Made by a program: the position numbers and the translations under genes. The notes under the pieces are model-generated. The model did not search any database, had not been told where the DNA came from, and worked only from the letters and a program-made list of their open reading frames with translations. DNA of 32,000 nucleotides from contig NZ_FUWK01000023.1 in the NCBI RefSeq assembly GCF_900167395.1, positions 13,973 through 45,972 on the forward strand, written 5' to 3'. The DNA is from Nitrosomonas europaea. GTDB taxonomy: Bacteria; Pseudomonadota; Gammaproteobacteria; Burkholderiales; Nitrosomonadaceae. Shown piece after piece: positions 11,814-22,311 of the stretch (positions are counted from its first letter, which is position 1; each line of letters starts with the position of its first letter).

Positions 11814-12640
11814 TGTTTTTGCGTGCTTTCCTGCCATTGCTTTTGTTGAGTTGTAATGTCGCACAGGCTGCGCTGTTTGGTGATTCTGAAACACGCGAAC
11901 AGTTGGAGGCACTGCGCACAAAAGTACTGGAGATGGAAGCGCGCATGCAGCGTACCGAAGAGGTTCTCATGGGACAGGCTTTGATCGAATTGCATACCCA
12001 GGCAGAGAACCTCAAGGAGGAAATGGGGAAGTTGCGGGGGCAGATAGAAGTACTGGAAGATGAAAATCGGTCGCTGCGCAAGCAGCAAAAGGATTTTTAC
12101 CTGGATCTCGATAACCGTTTGCGCCAGCTTGAGCCTGGTTCAGCGGGGACTGCTGCATCAGATTCCAGAATATCTTCCCCGTCATCGGAACAACTCGCTG
12201 CTGATACAAAGGATATAAAAAGTCCGGCTTCCGGAAAAACTGCTGCTGTTCTCCAATTGCCGGATACAGCACAGCGCAATCGTTATGATGCGGCTTATGC
12301 ATCAATCAAAAGCGGTGATTATTCAGGAGCTGTAACCGGTTTTGAGAGTTTTCTTGCACAATATCCGCAATCTGCTCTTGCTCCCTCTGCTGCGTATTGG
12401 GTTGGCAATGCATACTATGCACTAAGGGATTTTGACAAAGCGATTACTGCTCAGCAACGATTGATCGAGATTTATCCTGGCAGTCCCAAAGTAGCAGATG
12501 GGCTTCTCAATATGGCAAGCAGCCAGGCTGAAATGGGCCAGAAGGCAGCTGCCAGAAAAACACTGGAAAAACTCATCGCCAGTTACCCCGGTACTGAGGC
12601 AGCAACAAAAGCCAAGCAACGCTTGGGAACTCTGAAATAA
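11810..12640 (+). CDS. cpoB: Cell division coordinator CpoB (YbgF), coiled coil plus TPR domain
   Basis: Signal peptide, then a coiled-coil region (LEALRTKVLEMEARMQ...), then a C-terminal TPR-like region (YDAAYASIKSGDYSGAVTGFESFLAQYPQS...). Last gene of the tol-pal cluster, start overlapping the pal stop. Confidence 0.87.
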   Translation: MMFLRAFLPLLLLSCNVAQAALFGDSETREQLEALRTKVLEMEARMQRTEEVLMGQALIELHTQAENLKEEMGKLRGQIEVLEDENRSLRKQQKDFYLDLDNRLRQLEPGSAGTAASDSRISSPSSEQLAADTKDIKSPASGKTAAVLQLPDTAQRNRYDAAYASIKSGDYSGAVTGFESFLAQYPQSALAPSAAYWVGNAYYALRDFDKAITAQQRLIEIYPGSPKVADGLLNMASSQAEMGQKAAARKTLEKLIASYPGTEAATKAKQRLGTLK

Positions 12641-12742
12641 ATTTTGGTCGAGCAGGATTGCCAGAATATACCCGGTTCACTCCACTTCTTTAAATTTTCC
12701 TCTGCAACATAGAGGAAGGTTTCTATTCCGTCAGGGTCACGG

Positions 12743-13378
12743 ATGTTACGAATTACGGAAATTTTCTACTCGCTTCAGGGGGAAACCAGCCGGATGGGGC
12801 TGCCTACGGTATTTGTGCGCCTGACCGGTTGTCCATTACGTTGCGGGTACTGCGATACTGGTTATGCGTTTTCTGGTGGAAAAAGTATGAGTATCAGCGA
12901 AATCATGGGCGAGGTGGCTTCATTCTCTCCGCGCTATGTCACTGTTACCGGAGGAGAACCGCTGGCGCAAGCTGACAGTCTGGTGTTACTGGCAGCATTA
13001 TGCGATCGGGGGTATTCCGTCTCTCTTGAAACCAGTGGGGCATTGGATATTGCACGTGTCGATGCGCGTGTATCGAGAATTGTGGATATCAAAACGCCGG
13101 GCTCCGGGGAAGTGGAGAAAAATCACTGGAACAATCTCGCTTATCTGACTTCTCACGATGAAATCAAGTTTGTGTTGTGTGATCGGGCTGATTACGACTG
13201 GGCCAGGCAGAAACTCCTGGAATTGAAGCTGGATGTAATTTGTCCGGTTTTGTTTTCTCCAGCTTATGGTCAGCTTGTTCCGGCAGATCTTGCCGCCTGG
13301 ATTCTGCAGGATCAGTTACCAGTTCGCTTACAGTTGCAGTTACATAAGTTGCTCTGGGGGGAATGTGTCGGAAGGTGA
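12743..13378 (+). CDS. queE: 7-carboxy-7-deazaguanine synthase (radical SAM)
   Basis: FYSLQGE at the N-terminus and the radical-SAM cluster motif CPLRCGYCDT. 211 aa, adjacent to queC. Confidence 0.9.
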   Translation: MLRITEIFYSLQGETSRMGLPTVFVRLTGCPLRCGYCDTGYAFSGGKSMSISEIMGEVASFSPRYVTVTGGEPLAQADSLVLLAALCDRGYSVSLETSGALDIARVDARVSRIVDIKTPGSGEVEKNHWNNLAYLTSHDEIKFVLCDRADYDWARQKLLELKLDVICPVLFSPAYGQLVPADLAAWILQDQLPVRLQLQLHKLLWGECVGR

Positions 13379-13399
13379 AATGGCGGGACGGTCAGATTC

Positions 13400-14086
13400 A
13401 TGAAAAAGGCAGTTGTACTCTTGTCTGGTGGGATGGATTCCGCCACGACGCTCGCTATCGCCCGGCAGAGTGGGTTTGCCTGCTATGCACTCAGTATCGA
13501 TTATGGCCAGCGCCATGTTGCCGAGCTGGCCGCAGCAGCTCGAATCGGTCAATCCCTGCAGGTCAGTGATCATCAGTTTCTCAAGCTGGATCTGGCTGTT
13601 CTGGCCAGTTCTGTGCTAACGGATATTTCCGCCACTGTACCACTGCATGGTACCAGTACCGGCATACCGGTGACGTATGTTCCGGCTCGCAACACCATTA
13701 TGCTGGCGCTGGCGCTGGCCTGGGCAGAGGTGTTGGGCAGCCACGATATTTTTATTGGTGTAACAGCTGTCGATTACTCGGGATACCCTGATTGCCGACG
13801 GGATTATATCGATGCTTTTGAAAAAATGGCTAACCTGGCCACGAAAGCAGGAAGAGAGGGGATGGTGCTGACAGTACATGCACCTTTGATTGACTTGCCC
13901 AAGCGTGAAATCATCCAATGTGGCATGGAACTCGGGATAGACTACGGCCTGACAGTTTCCTGTTATCAAGCAGATGAAGCCGGATATGCCTGCGGTCAGT
14001 GTGATGCATGCCATATTCGACGGGCTGGTTTTGAGGCGGCGGATATTCCGGATCCTACGTGTTACCGTAATAAGCAGATATCGTGA
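13400..14086 (+). CDS. queC: 7-cyano-7-deazaguanine synthase
   Basis: [16 protein letters not shown] is the PP-loop. The C-terminal zinc motif is [10 protein letters not shown]. 228 aa. Confidence 0.94.
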   Translation: MKKAVVLLSGGMDSATTLAIARQSGFACYALSIDYGQRHVAELAAAARIGQSLQVSDHQFLKLDLAVLASSVLTDISATVPLHGTSTGIPVTYVPARNTIMLALALAWAEVLGSHDIFIGVTAVDYSGYPDCRRDYIDAFEKMANLATKAGREGMVLTVHAPLIDLPKREIIQCGMELGIDYGLTVSCYQADEAGYACGQCDACHIRRAGFEAADIPDPTCYRNKQIS

Positions 14087-14116
14087 AGCAGAGTGATAAT
14101 CCAGAAGGAGAGATCA

Positions 14117-14470
14117 TTACGATTGGCTGCGTTCGATGCAGATACCCAGCTGTTTCACTCCCGGAATTACATCCAGTTTTGCTGCACTGATTTTTACCCA
14201 CGGGGAATCAAACTCGATCAGAATCATCTGGGCAATGTTTTCTGTCAGTGCTTCAAGCAGGGAAAAATGTTGCTGATCGAGAATGGCGTTGATTCTGTGA
14301 ACGACTTGAGAGTAATCCAGTGCATCTTCGATACGATCACTCATGCCGGCTTGTCGGGAAGGCAGAGCGATCTCGATATTCAATTCAATGGTTTGTGGAA
14401 TTTTCCTTTCCCACGGATAAATACCGATCAGAGTTTTGATTCTGAATTCTTTGAGAAAAATAATATCCAT
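14117..14470 (-). CDS. folB: Dihydroneopterin aldolase
   Basis: MDIIFLKEFRIKTLIGIYPWERKIPQTIELNIEIA... is the FolB fold signature. I trimmed the track ORF (start 14521) to the ATG at 14470, giving 117 aa, the normal FolB size. Confidence 0.85.
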   Translation of the reverse strand: MDIIFLKEFRIKTLIGIYPWERKIPQTIELNIEIALPSRQAGMSDRIEDALDYSQVVHRINAILDQQHFSLLEALTENIAQMILIEFDSPWVKISAAKLDVIPGVKQLGICIERSQS

Positions 14471-14554
14471 GGAGAGGTTCCGGGTTAGCCCGGGATTACG
14501 AGTGATGCACGGGCTGCGCAATTTTAATTTATTTATCGGGATATCAAAACTTTG

Positions 14555-15157
14555 ATGATTACAGTAGTGCTGATTTTTTCTGCCTACTTGCTGGGCTCGA
14601 TTTCTTTCGCCGTGGTTGCAAGCTGGCTGTTCAAGCTCCCGGATCCGCGCAGCTACGGTTCCCGCAATCCCGGAGCAACCAATGTACTGCGGACTGGCAA
14701 AAAAGCTGCGGCTGCCGTGACTTTACTGGGAGATGCGGGTAAGGGCTGGGTGGCGGTCGCAGCAGCGAAATACGGTGGTGAGGTTTGGGAGCTGGGTGAT
14801 GAAGTGATTGCGGGTGCTGCTCTTGCTGTCTTCCTGGGGCATTTGTTTCCAATCTTTCTCGCATTTAAGGGAGGTAAAGGTGTTGCCACATCAGCAGGCA
14901 TACTGTTGGGATTGAATCCCTGGTTGGGTGTTCTTACTATTTCGACCTGGATGGTCGTCGCACTGGTTTCACGTATTTCTTCACTGTCAGCCTTGCTGTC
15001 GGCCCTGCTTGCACCATTATATGCGTATTTCCTGCTGGAAAAAGGAATCCTGATAATGGCTGTGTCAATCATATCCGTTCTTCTGATATTGAAGCATCGG
15101 CTGAATATTGCCAATCTGATGGCTGGCAAGGAAGCGAGGATAGGCAAGAGCAGTTAG
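14555..15157 (+). CDS. plsY: Glycerol-3-phosphate acyltransferase PlsY
   Basis: [10 protein letters not shown]...[16 protein letters not shown] and the FKGGKGVAT motif. Multi-pass membrane protein of ~200 aa. Confidence 0.92.
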   Translation: MITVVLIFSAYLLGSISFAVVASWLFKLPDPRSYGSRNPGATNVLRTGKKAAAAVTLLGDAGKGWVAVAAAKYGGEVWELGDEVIAGAALAVFLGHLFPIFLAFKGGKGVATSAGILLGLNPWLGVLTISTWMVVALVSRISSLSALLSALLAPLYAYFLLEKGILIMAVSIISVLLILKHRLNIANLMAGKEARIGKSS

Positions 15158-15165
15158 TCGTGGCT

Positions 15166-16179
15166 TTATAAATCTTCCAGATTCCAGCGGGCTTTGACGG
15201 TAAAGCTGCCGCCCGCTCTGAGGCGCTCATCGAGCTGCTGTAAACGTAATGCACCGGCCAGCGCAATCATTGCGCCGTTATCGGTACAAAACTCCAGCGC
15301 TGGGAAGAAAACGGTGATATCGGTTCCGGACAGATGGTGTAATAGCTTCTGACGCAATCGGCTGTTTGCGCCTACACCGCCTGCTACGACCAGTTGCTGC
15401 AATCCAGTGATATTCAGAGCAGTTACTGATTTTTTTACCAGCACATCGGTAACTGCGTCTTCAAAGGCAAATGCGATATCGGCGCGTGTCTGACTGTTCA
15501 TCTCATGCTTGCCGATCAGCAGAGCCGCAGCTGTTTTTAATCCGCTGAAACTGAAATTCAGATCATTGCTGTTCAGCATGGGGCGCGGGAGCCTGAATTG
15601 TTCTGCCCGGCCTTGTGTGGCCAGTTCTGCAAGCAACTTTCCACCGGGGTAGTCGAGGTCAAGTAATTTTGCAGTTTTGTCAAACGCTTCTCCGGCTGCA
15701 TCATCCACGGTTTCTCCCAATAACCGATACTGCCCGATTCCGTCTACCCGCATCAGTTGTGTGTGCCCTCCGGATACCAATAGTGCCACGAACGGAAAAT
15801 CAGGTGCCGGATCGGATAAAAGTGGGGAGAGCAGATGACCTTCAAGATGGTGGATGTTCAAGACGGGTATATTGCGCGCAAAAGCCAGAGCACTGCTGAA
15901 ACTTGCCCCGGTCAGCAACGCTCCTGCAAGCCCCGGACCCTGGGTACAGGCGATGGCATCAACAGATTCCAGCGAAGTATCCGATTGTCTGAATAATTGT
16001 CTGATGAGAGGCAGGATGCGGCGGATATGGTCGCGTGAAGCAAGTTCCGGCACGACACCGCCATATTCGCGATGCATGTCGACCTGAGAATATAGGGTAT
16101 GGCCGAGTAATCCCTGGCAGGTATCATAAAGTGCTACACCTGTCTCGTCACATGAAGTTTCAATACCTAATACAAGCAT
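15166..16179 (-). CDS. tsaD: tRNA N6-adenosine threonylcarbamoyltransferase TsaD
   Basis: From the ATG at 16179 the protein starts [18 protein letters not shown]. The motifs [10 protein letters not shown] and [10 protein letters not shown] are present. It is divergent from rpsU, as in E. coli. Confidence 0.94.
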   Translation of the reverse strand: MLVLGIETSCDETGVALYDTCQGLLGHTLYSQVDMHREYGGVVPELASRDHIRRILPLIRQLFRQSDTSLESVDAIACTQGPGLAGALLTGASFSSALAFARNIPVLNIHHLEGHLLSPLLSDPAPDFPFVALLVSGGHTQLMRVDGIGQYRLLGETVDDAAGEAFDKTAKLLDLDYPGGKLLAELATQGRAEQFRLPRPMLNSNDLNFSFSGLKTAAALLIGKHEMNSQTRADIAFAFEDAVTDVLVKKSVTALNITGLQQLVVAGGVGANSRLRQKLLHHLSGTDITVFFPALEFCTDNGAMIALAGALRLQQLDERLRAGGSFTVKARWNLEDL

Positions 16180-16437
16180 TCTGTGATTTTCTCTCAGGAG
16201 AGATTTATTTGTGGTGGTCAAACTTTCTTTTGAAAAAAAATGATTGATGTTAAACTAGCGGGATTTTTCGAGACCGAATAGGGGTAGTTCCGGAAAAAAT
16301 TGAGCCAGTCATGGTTTTTCTGCAACAGGCATGGCAGGACTGGTTTATAACTTAGTTTTGACTGCAGAGCAATTTGGTCAGCGAATGTTCTGTAATATAT
16401 AAAGCAATCAAAGGAGACCGAAAGGAATTATTACTTT

Positions 16438-16650
16438 ATGACTACTGTTAAAGTCAAGGAAAACGAGCCATTTGAAATCGCGATGCGGCGCTTTAAGCGT
16501 TCTATTGAGAAAACCGGTTTACTGACTGAGTTACGCGCACGGGAATTTTATGAAAAGCCCACGGCTGTGCGTAAGCGTAAGCATGCCGCCGCAGTGAAAC
16601 GTACCTATAAACGACTGCGTAGTCAGATGTTGCCACCTAAACTGTATTAA
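16438..16650 (+). CDS. rpsU: 30S ribosomal protein S21
   Basis: [39 protein letters not shown]... is a full-length S21 sequence. AAGGAG-like SD (aaaggagacc) upstream. Confidence 0.96.
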   Translation: MTTVKVKENEPFEIAMRRFKRSIEKTGLLTELRAREFYEKPTAVRKRKHAAAVKRTYKRLRSQMLPPKLY

Positions 16651-16687
16651 TTCCTTCAGTTTTTCTGGGTATCTACCTCATTATTCC

Positions 16688-17134
16688 ATGAATTTAAGGC
16701 AAAAAATAACCGAAGATATGAAGTCGGCTATGCGTGCAGGGGACGTAAAGCGTCGTGACGCATTGCGTTTACTGCAGGCTGCTTTAAAACAGAAGGAAGT
16801 TGACGAGCGAATCGAGCTGGATGATGCTGCCGTGGTTGCAGTAATCGAAAAAATGCTCAAACAGCGTCGCGATTCCATCGCGCAATATGAGGCAGCACAG
16901 CGTCAGGATCTGGCAGATATCGAGAAGTTTGAAGCAGGAGTCCTGCAGGCCTATATGCCTGAAGCGCTGAGTGATGCTGAGCTGGATGCCATGATCAGCG
17001 AGGTGATTGCATCTGTTGGAGAAAATGGATCTCCAAAAATTGGAGAAGTCATGGCCCTGCTTAAGCCGAAGCTTGCAGGTCGGGCAGATATGGCCAAGGT
17101 ATCTTTACTGGTTAAAGTAAAAATTACAGGGTAG
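16688..17134 (+). CDS. GatB/YqeY domain-containing protein
   Basis: DMKSAMRAGDVKRRDALRLLQAALKQKEVD... is typical of the YqeY family. 148 aa, between rpsU and dnaG. Confidence 0.85.
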   Translation: MNLRQKITEDMKSAMRAGDVKRRDALRLLQAALKQKEVDERIELDDAAVVAVIEKMLKQRRDSIAQYEAAQRQDLADIEKFEAGVLQAYMPEALSDAELDAMISEVIASVGENGSPKIGEVMALLKPKLAGRADMAKVSLLVKVKITG

Positions 17135-17215
17135 TTTGATACCGGCTGGTTTTCTGGCAGATACTGTGAGGAATAATCGCAGATAATCTTTTATCGGGGC
17201 AATTTTTGCTGGTAA

Positions 17216-19018
17216 ATGATTGAACAATCGTTTATTCAGGAATTACTGGATCGTATCGACATCGTCGATGTGGTTGCACGTCATCTTCAACTTAAAAAAG
17301 CGGGCGCAAATTTTACAGCGTGCTGTCCCTTTCATAACGAAAAAACCCCTTCTTTTACAGTAAATTCGTCTAAACAGTTTTACCATTGCTTTGGTTGTGG
17401 CAGGCACGGGAATGCTATCAGCTTTTTGATGGAACACAGCGGAGCCAGCTTTGTCGAAGCAGTCGAGAGTCTTGCGACACATGCGGGTATGCAAATTCCC
17501 GATCAGGTAAGTATTTATCCAAAAATACCTGATCCAGGCAGAGTTCCATCGGATAAGATAAAAATCGATAAAGAAGTTGAAGCTACTTCACCTTTGGCAG
17601 GTTTGTACGAACGGATGGAGCAGGCGGCAAAGTTTTACCGGGGGCAGCTCAAGCAATCCGATCAGGCAATTGCGTACCTGAAAGAGCGGGGAATATCAGG
17701 ACGGACTGCGCTGTGTTTTGGAATCGGATATGCGCCTCCCGGCTGGCAAAACCTCTCCGGGATTTTTACAGATTATCCTGCAGATGATTCCAGCCACCCA
17801 CTGGTGCAGGCAGGTTTGGTCGTTGCGCATGATGGCAAGAAAAATTATGATCGCTTTCGTCACCGGATCATGTTTCCCATTCTTGATCGTAAAAAAAAGA
17901 TAGTGGGATTCGGAGGGCGGGCATTAGATGGGGGCGAGCCAAAGTATCTGAATTCGCCAGAAACCTCTCTGTTTGTCAAAGGGCGTGAGCTTTATAACTT
18001 GGCATCTGCCAGTCCGGCAATCCGGAAATCTGCCCGGGTAATTGTGGTCGAAGGGTATATGGATGTTGTGATGCTGGTGCAGAGTGGTGTTGAAAATGTT
18101 GTGGCTACTTTGGGTACTGCAACGACGGCTATGCATATTCAGAATCTTTTGCGCCATACAGACGAGGTGGTTTTTTGTTTTGATGGTGATGCAGCGGGAA
18201 CCAAGGCTGCATGGCGTGCACTGGAAACCAGTCTGCCGCAACTCAAGGATGGAAAAGATATCAAATTTTTATTTCTGCCGGATAAGGAAGACCCGGACAG
18301 TTACATTCGCAAATACGGACGGGTTGCATTTGAAGGATTGCTGGAGAAAGCTCAACCTCTGTCGGTATTCTTCTGTAATGAATTATCCGGTCGTGTGAAT
18401 CTTGGTACGAGCGAGGGTCGTGCTCGATTGGTTCAGCGGGCAGGGCCGTTATTGGCGCAGATCAATGCCCCTGTATTTGGATTCATGCTGACGAAACGTA
18501 TATCTGAGCTGACCGGGGTGGGCCAGAACCAGTTAGCTGCGTTCCTGAAAACCGGAAAGAAGAATCGATCTTCCACTCTTCGCCCTGAAGCATCTAGGCC
18601 ATTATCCGTAACGCCATATCGCAGACTGATCCAGATTCTGCTGCATGCCCCGGATTATGCGAATAAACTGGATACAAATCTTCTTGCGGTAAATGATGAA
18701 CAGAACGAGGAAAAAGTACTGCTGGTTGCACTGGTGGATTTTCTGAAGACTTCTGCTTGTTCTATGGAGGAAGAACTGAATTCAGTGACGATCCTGTTGC
18801 ATTTCGATCAGACTCCTCATCGTGTTTTACTGGAAAAGATTGTCCGGGATGCGCATGTAAAAGATGAAAACTGGAATATTGATGCTGAATTTACTGGAGG
18901 AATGGAGCGGTTGCGGGAGATGCAGCGAAGATCGAGAATGGCTGAGTTGCACAGCAGACCGCTTGTATCACTTACTCCAGAAGAGAAAAATGAGTTGCGA
19001 CAACTGATGCTCTCATAA
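17216..19018 (+). CDS. dnaG: DNA primase
   Basis: CHC2 zinc finger (CCPFHNEKTPSFTVNSSKQFYHCFGCGRHGN), Toprim region (VVEGYMDVV...FDGDAAG). 600 aa in the rpsU-dnaG-rpoD context. Confidence 0.94.
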   Translation: MIEQSFIQELLDRIDIVDVVARHLQLKKAGANFTACCPFHNEKTPSFTVNSSKQFYHCFGCGRHGNAISFLMEHSGASFVEAVESLATHAGMQIPDQVSIYPKIPDPGRVPSDKIKIDKEVEATSPLAGLYERMEQAAKFYRGQLKQSDQAIAYLKERGISGRTALCFGIGYAPPGWQNLSGIFTDYPADDSSHPLVQAGLVVAHDGKKNYDRFRHRIMFPILDRKKKIVGFGGRALDGGEPKYLNSPETSLFVKGRELYNLASASPAIRKSARVIVVEGYMDVVMLVQSGVENVVATLGTATTAMHIQNLLRHTDEVVFCFDGDAAGTKAAWRALETSLPQLKDGKDIKFLFLPDKEDPDSYIRKYGRVAFEGLLEKAQPLSVFFCNELSGRVNLGTSEGRARLVQRAGPLLAQINAPVFGFMLTKRISELTGVGQNQLAAFLKTGKKNRSSTLRPEASRPLSVTPYRRLIQILLHAPDYANKLDTNLLAVNDEQNEEKVLLVALVDFLKTSACSMEEELNSVTILLHFDQTPHRVLLEKIVRDAHVKDENWNIDAEFTGGMERLREMQRRSRMAELHSRPLVSLTPEEKNELRQLMLS

Positions 19019-19224
19019 TCTGCGGAGGTTTTCACGAACCAATCACCATGTTTTCGGCGATTAGATCATCAAGGTTAAAAGATGGGAAAAAAGTTTGGGT
19101 TTACAACGGCGAAGAGTGGTTGATTACGGCTACGTTTGTTCATATATTCAAAATGGGTCAGGAAAGTTTGGTACAATTAAAGGCTTTCTGTTCGATTTGT
19201 CTCTAGTCTTAATGGGTGCTCTGC

Positions 19225-21480
19225 ATGGCAAAAGCAAAAGTGTCGGGATCAGCTAAGAAAAATATCGTTACATCTACAGAGGTGACTGAAACAAAAAGCG
19301 GTAAATCGCGTGTTGAAACTCCAGACAATGGGGTTAAAGTTACCGGTAAAAACGCCAAAAATACCTTTTCAGCTGAAACGGAGGTTGTCTCCGTCAAGAA
19401 AGAAGCAACTTCTGCTTCCAGGAAAAAGTCTGTCAAAGCGGCTAAATCTGATGATGATTCTGTTCTAGTTGGGCAGAATAAGAATACATTGCTCCCTGCG
19501 GAAAAATCTGAGGATCTGGGGGCAGTTGATGAAGTTTCTGAGAAAACCAGAGTAAGTAAAAGAAATAAAAGTACTCTGTCAGAAAAACAGATCACTGATT
19601 TGAGCGAGAGTGCGGTGTCGGTGTCATCGGATAACGATATCGAATTACGCAGGATGCGTTTAAAGAAACTGATCATGCAGGGTAAGGAACGTGGTTACCT
19701 GACTTACTCTGAGATTAATGACCACTTGCCGGATGACATGCTGGATGCCGATCAGATCGAAAGCATCATCAGCATGATCAACGATATGGGTATTTCCGTG
19801 CATGATGAGGCGCCTGATGCGGAAGCTCTCCTGATGTCGGATGCGGCAACAGCAGTGACTGATGAAGATGTCGTGGAAGAAGCAGAGGCAGCACTTTCCA
19901 GCGTAGATTCAGAGTTTGGCCGTACTACGGATCCGGTGCGGATGTATATGCGTGAAATGGGATCGGTAGAGTTACTGACGCGTGAAAGCGAAATAGAAAT
20001 CGCCAAGCGCATCGAGGATGGTTTGAGGCACATGATACAGGCAATTTCAGCCTGTCCGACAATCATAGAAAATATACTCGAGCTGGCAGCGGATGTGGAA
20101 AATGGCCGGTTACGCGCAGACGAACTGGTTGATGGTTTCCTGGACGATGATACAGATGAAATCATGGGTAAGGAAATGTCTGAGGAATCGCTGGATCAGG
20201 ATTTTGATTCAGAGGATGGGGAAGACGAGCAAGTGGCTGCCGCCAGTGCCGATATGCTGAAGATGAAAGCAGAGGTGCTGGAGCGCTTTGCGGTGATTCG
20301 TCAGACCTATGACGGTATGAAAAAAATCATCAACAAGAAAGATGGGCGTCAGGATAAAAAGTACAAACAGTTGCAGGAGAAAATTTCTACCGAACTGATG
20401 GCGATGCGTTTTTCTGCCAAGATGGTCGAAAAACTGTGTGATACACAACGTGATATCGTAAACGATATCCGCAACTGTGAACGCAAAATTGCTGAGCTGT
20501 GTGTTACACGGGCAGGAATGCCGCGAAACTATTTTATCAAGGCATTTCCGGGGAACGAGACAGATATTGACTGGATCAGTTCGGAAGTCGAGTCAGGTCA
20601 GCCGTACAGTCAGTCGCTCGAACATTTCCGTCCGGCAGTCATGGAGCAACAGCAAAAAATGCTCGAACTTCAGAAACAAGCCGGTATTCCTATCAAGGAA
20701 CTCAAGGAGATCAACCGCCGTATGACGACTGGTGAAGCCAAGGCACGTCGTGCGAAACGTGAAATGACTGAAGCCAATTTACGATTGGTTATTTCAATTG
20801 CCAAGAAGTATACTAACCGCGGATTGCAGTTTCTTGATCTGATTCAGGAAGGTAATATCGGGTTGATGAAAGCCGTTGATAAATTTGAATATCGGCGCGG
20901 ATATAAATTCTCGACCTACGCAACATGGTGGATTCGTCAGGCAATTACACGTTCCATTGCTGACCAGGCACGTACCATCCGTATCCCGGTACACATGATC
21001 GAGACGATTAACAAGATGAATCGTATTTCCCGTCAGATTCTGCAGGAAACCGGACAAGAGCCTGAACCGGCAGTACTGGCCGAGAAGATGGAAATGCCTG
21101 AAGAGAAAATCAGAAAAATTCTCAAGATATCGAAAGAGCCGATTTCGATGGAAACCCCCATTGGTGATGATGAAGATTCTCACTTGGGAGATTTCATTGA
21201 AGATGCTTCGACCATGGAGCCGGCAGATGCTGCAGTTTATGCTGGTTTACGCACCGTCACGAAGGATGTGCTTGATTCTTTGACCCCACGAGAAGCCAAG
21301 GTTTTGCGTATGCGTTTCGGTATTGAAATGAATACTGATCATACTTTGGAAGAAGTCGGAAGACAATTTGACGTAACGCGCGAGCGTATTCGCCAGATCG
21401 AGGCAAAAGCGCTGCGTAAACTGAGACATCCTGCTCGGTCCGACCGCTTGCGTAGTTTCTTGGATAGTGGAAACTCCTGA
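19225..21480 (+). CDS. rpoD: RNA polymerase primary sigma factor (sigma-70) with a long N-terminal extension
   Basis: Region 1.1 ([18 protein letters not shown]), region 2 ([37 protein letters not shown]) and region 4 ([30 protein letters not shown]). I prefer the ATG at 19225 over the track GTG at 19216. Confidence 0.94.
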   Translation: MAKAKVSGSAKKNIVTSTEVTETKSGKSRVETPDNGVKVTGKNAKNTFSAETEVVSVKKEATSASRKKSVKAAKSDDDSVLVGQNKNTLLPAEKSEDLGAVDEVSEKTRVSKRNKSTLSEKQITDLSESAVSVSSDNDIELRRMRLKKLIMQGKERGYLTYSEINDHLPDDMLDADQIESIISMINDMGISVHDEAPDAEALLMSDAATAVTDEDVVEEAEAALSSVDSEFGRTTDPVRMYMREMGSVELLTRESEIEIAKRIEDGLRHMIQAISACPTIIENILELAADVENGRLRADELVDGFLDDDTDEIMGKEMSEESLDQDFDSEDGEDEQVAAASADMLKMKAEVLERFAVIRQTYDGMKKIINKKDGRQDKKYKQLQEKISTELMAMRFSAKMVEKLCDTQRDIVNDIRNCERKIAELCVTRAGMPRNYFIKAFPGNETDIDWISSEVESGQPYSQSLEHFRPAVMEQQQKMLELQKQAGIPIKELKEINRRMTTGEAKARRAKREMTEANLRLVISIAKKYTNRGLQFLDLIQEGNIGLMKAVDKFEYRRGYKFSTYATWWIRQAITRSIADQARTIRIPVHMIETINKMNRISRQILQETGQEPEPAVLAEKMEMPEEKIRKILKISKEPISMETPIGDDEDSHLGDFIEDASTMEPADAAVYAGLRTVTKDVLDSLTPREAKVLRMRFGIEMNTDHTLEEVGRQFDVTRERIRQIEAKALRKLRHPARSDRLRSFLDSGNS

Positions 21481-21542
21481 TAGTTACTTGCCGGTTCAGT
21501 TTGATCGGTTGATTCAATAAGTTGTAGACATTTCTGTCATCA

Positions 21543-21619
21543 GGGTCTGTAGCTCAGTTGGTCAGAGCAGGGGACTCATAATCCCTTGGTCGTAGGTTCA
21601 AGTCCTACCAGACCCACCA
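21543..21619 (+). tRNA. ileX: tRNA with CAU anticodon, most like tRNA-Ile2 (lysidine type, ileX-like). Elongator tRNA-Met is not excluded.
   Basis: The 77 nt fold by hand into a cloverleaf: acceptor GGGTCTG/CAGACCC, D stem GCTC/GAGC, anticodon stem GGGGA/TCCCT, loop CTCATAA, T stem GTAGG/CCTAC, encoded CCA. The anticodon arm, variable loop (TGGTC) and T loop (TTCAAGT) match my memory of E. coli ileX far better than metT. As I recall, ileX also lies just downstream of rpoD in E. coli. Confidence 0.85.
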
Positions 21620-21620
21620 T
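21573..21620 (+). repeat. attL: 48-bp direct repeat (3' part of the intact tRNA, from 2 nt before the anticodon loop to 1 nt past CCA)
   Basis: GACTCATAATCCCTTGGTCGTAGGTTCAAGTCCTACCAGACCCACCAT is identical base for base to 28836-28883. Confidence 0.9.
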
Positions 21621-21662
21621 AAAATCAATGATTTACGAAATTGCGTCTTGTAACCAAATGGA

Positions 21663-21687
21663 TTTTGTAAGCACTTTGTAAGCAGAT
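21663..21687 (+). repeat. 25-bp repeat TTTTGTAAGCACTTTGTAAGCAGAT (candidate integrase arm-type sites, P' arm side)
   Basis: Identical to 28696-28720. Internally it is a doublet of TTTGTAAGCA spaced 11 bp apart. A degenerate third copy, CTTGTAACCA, lies at 21647-21656. Confidence 0.55.
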
Positions 21688-21689
21688 AC

Positions 21690-21715
21690 AAAAAAGCCCA
21701 GCTTGCGGCCGGGCC
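21690..21715 (-). terminator. Rho-independent terminator ending the leftward operon of the island
   Basis: The minus strand reads GCCCGGCCGCAAGCTGGGC followed by TTTTTT. The stem is GC-rich with one mismatch. It sits 46 nt past the stop of the 145-aa gene and before attL. Confidence 0.6.
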
Positions 21716-21760
21716 AGTTTGCGCTATTTGTCCGGTTAACGTTCCGGATCACATGGAAGG

Positions 21761-22198
21761 TTACCTGCAAATCATTCGACCGTCGACTAACTGACATTTC
21801 ATTCCGCCGATGTGAACTATCTCACCGTGTAATCTAGGGTTATCGGTGCGAATCTTTGTAATGCGCTCAGCGCGATGTTCTGGCCTGGAATCGCCGATAT
21901 AGCAGCCTTGGCCGGCCTTGGGCGGCGTGACCATCTCACGGACCGGCTTACGGGCATCTTGAACTATCCGGCGAATTGCTGCAACCTGGGCGGCTGACAG
22001 TGCCGGCTTGGGCTTGCGCTTGCGCCGTAATTCAGCTATCGAATCTTTGACGATTCGAGTCAAGGCGGTCATCTCCGAGTCGGTGAAGGGCTTCGGCTTT
22101 TTCGCTATTGGCGGCCATGAATCGGTTGCCTGGCTTGCCCGGCCATTACCCCAGATTTTATCAGCAGTTTGGCGGCCTGTTGGTTTGCAATTGCACAT
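21761..22198 (-). CDS. Hypothetical protein, 145 aa (island cargo)
   Basis: ATG preceded by GGAGGA at about 7 nt spacing. Basic protein with an internal motif repeat (ALTRIVKDS / AAIRRIVQDA). I recognise no family. Confidence 0.7.
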   Translation of the reverse strand: MCNCKPTGRQTADKIWGNGRASQATDSWPPIAKKPKPFTDSEMTALTRIVKDSIAELRRKRKPKPALSAAQVAAIRRIVQDARKPVREMVTPPKAGQGCYIGDSRPEHRAERITKIRTDNPRLHGEIVHIGGMKCQLVDGRMICR

Positions 22199-22225
22199 AT
22201 TTAATCCTCCAAAAATTTATCCGGC

Positions 22226-22241
22226 TGTGACAACTATCACA
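22226..22241. promoter_or_regulatory. Perfect palindrome TGTGA-N6-TCACA (candidate operator) in the 113-bp gap before the 145-aa gene
   Basis: TGTGAcaactaTCACA at 22226-22241. A second palindrome, GTGATCAC, is at 22260-22267. It matches the CRP-type consensus shape, but the binding protein is unknown. Confidence 0.3.
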
Positions 22242-22311
22242 ACCTCTGGCAGTGTCGCCGTGATCACAAAATCTGCTCTCGGCTCGGTGACCGGTTGCTC
22301 TTCGTTGTCGC

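Noticed and set aside
12641-12742. Hairpin CCTCT-gcaacat-AGAGG upstream of queE, considered as a preQ1 riboswitch.
   Set aside because: It lacks the conserved preQ1-I loop nucleotides and the A-rich 3' tail I remember from the aptamer. It is a short generic hairpin only, and I cannot support a riboswitch call.
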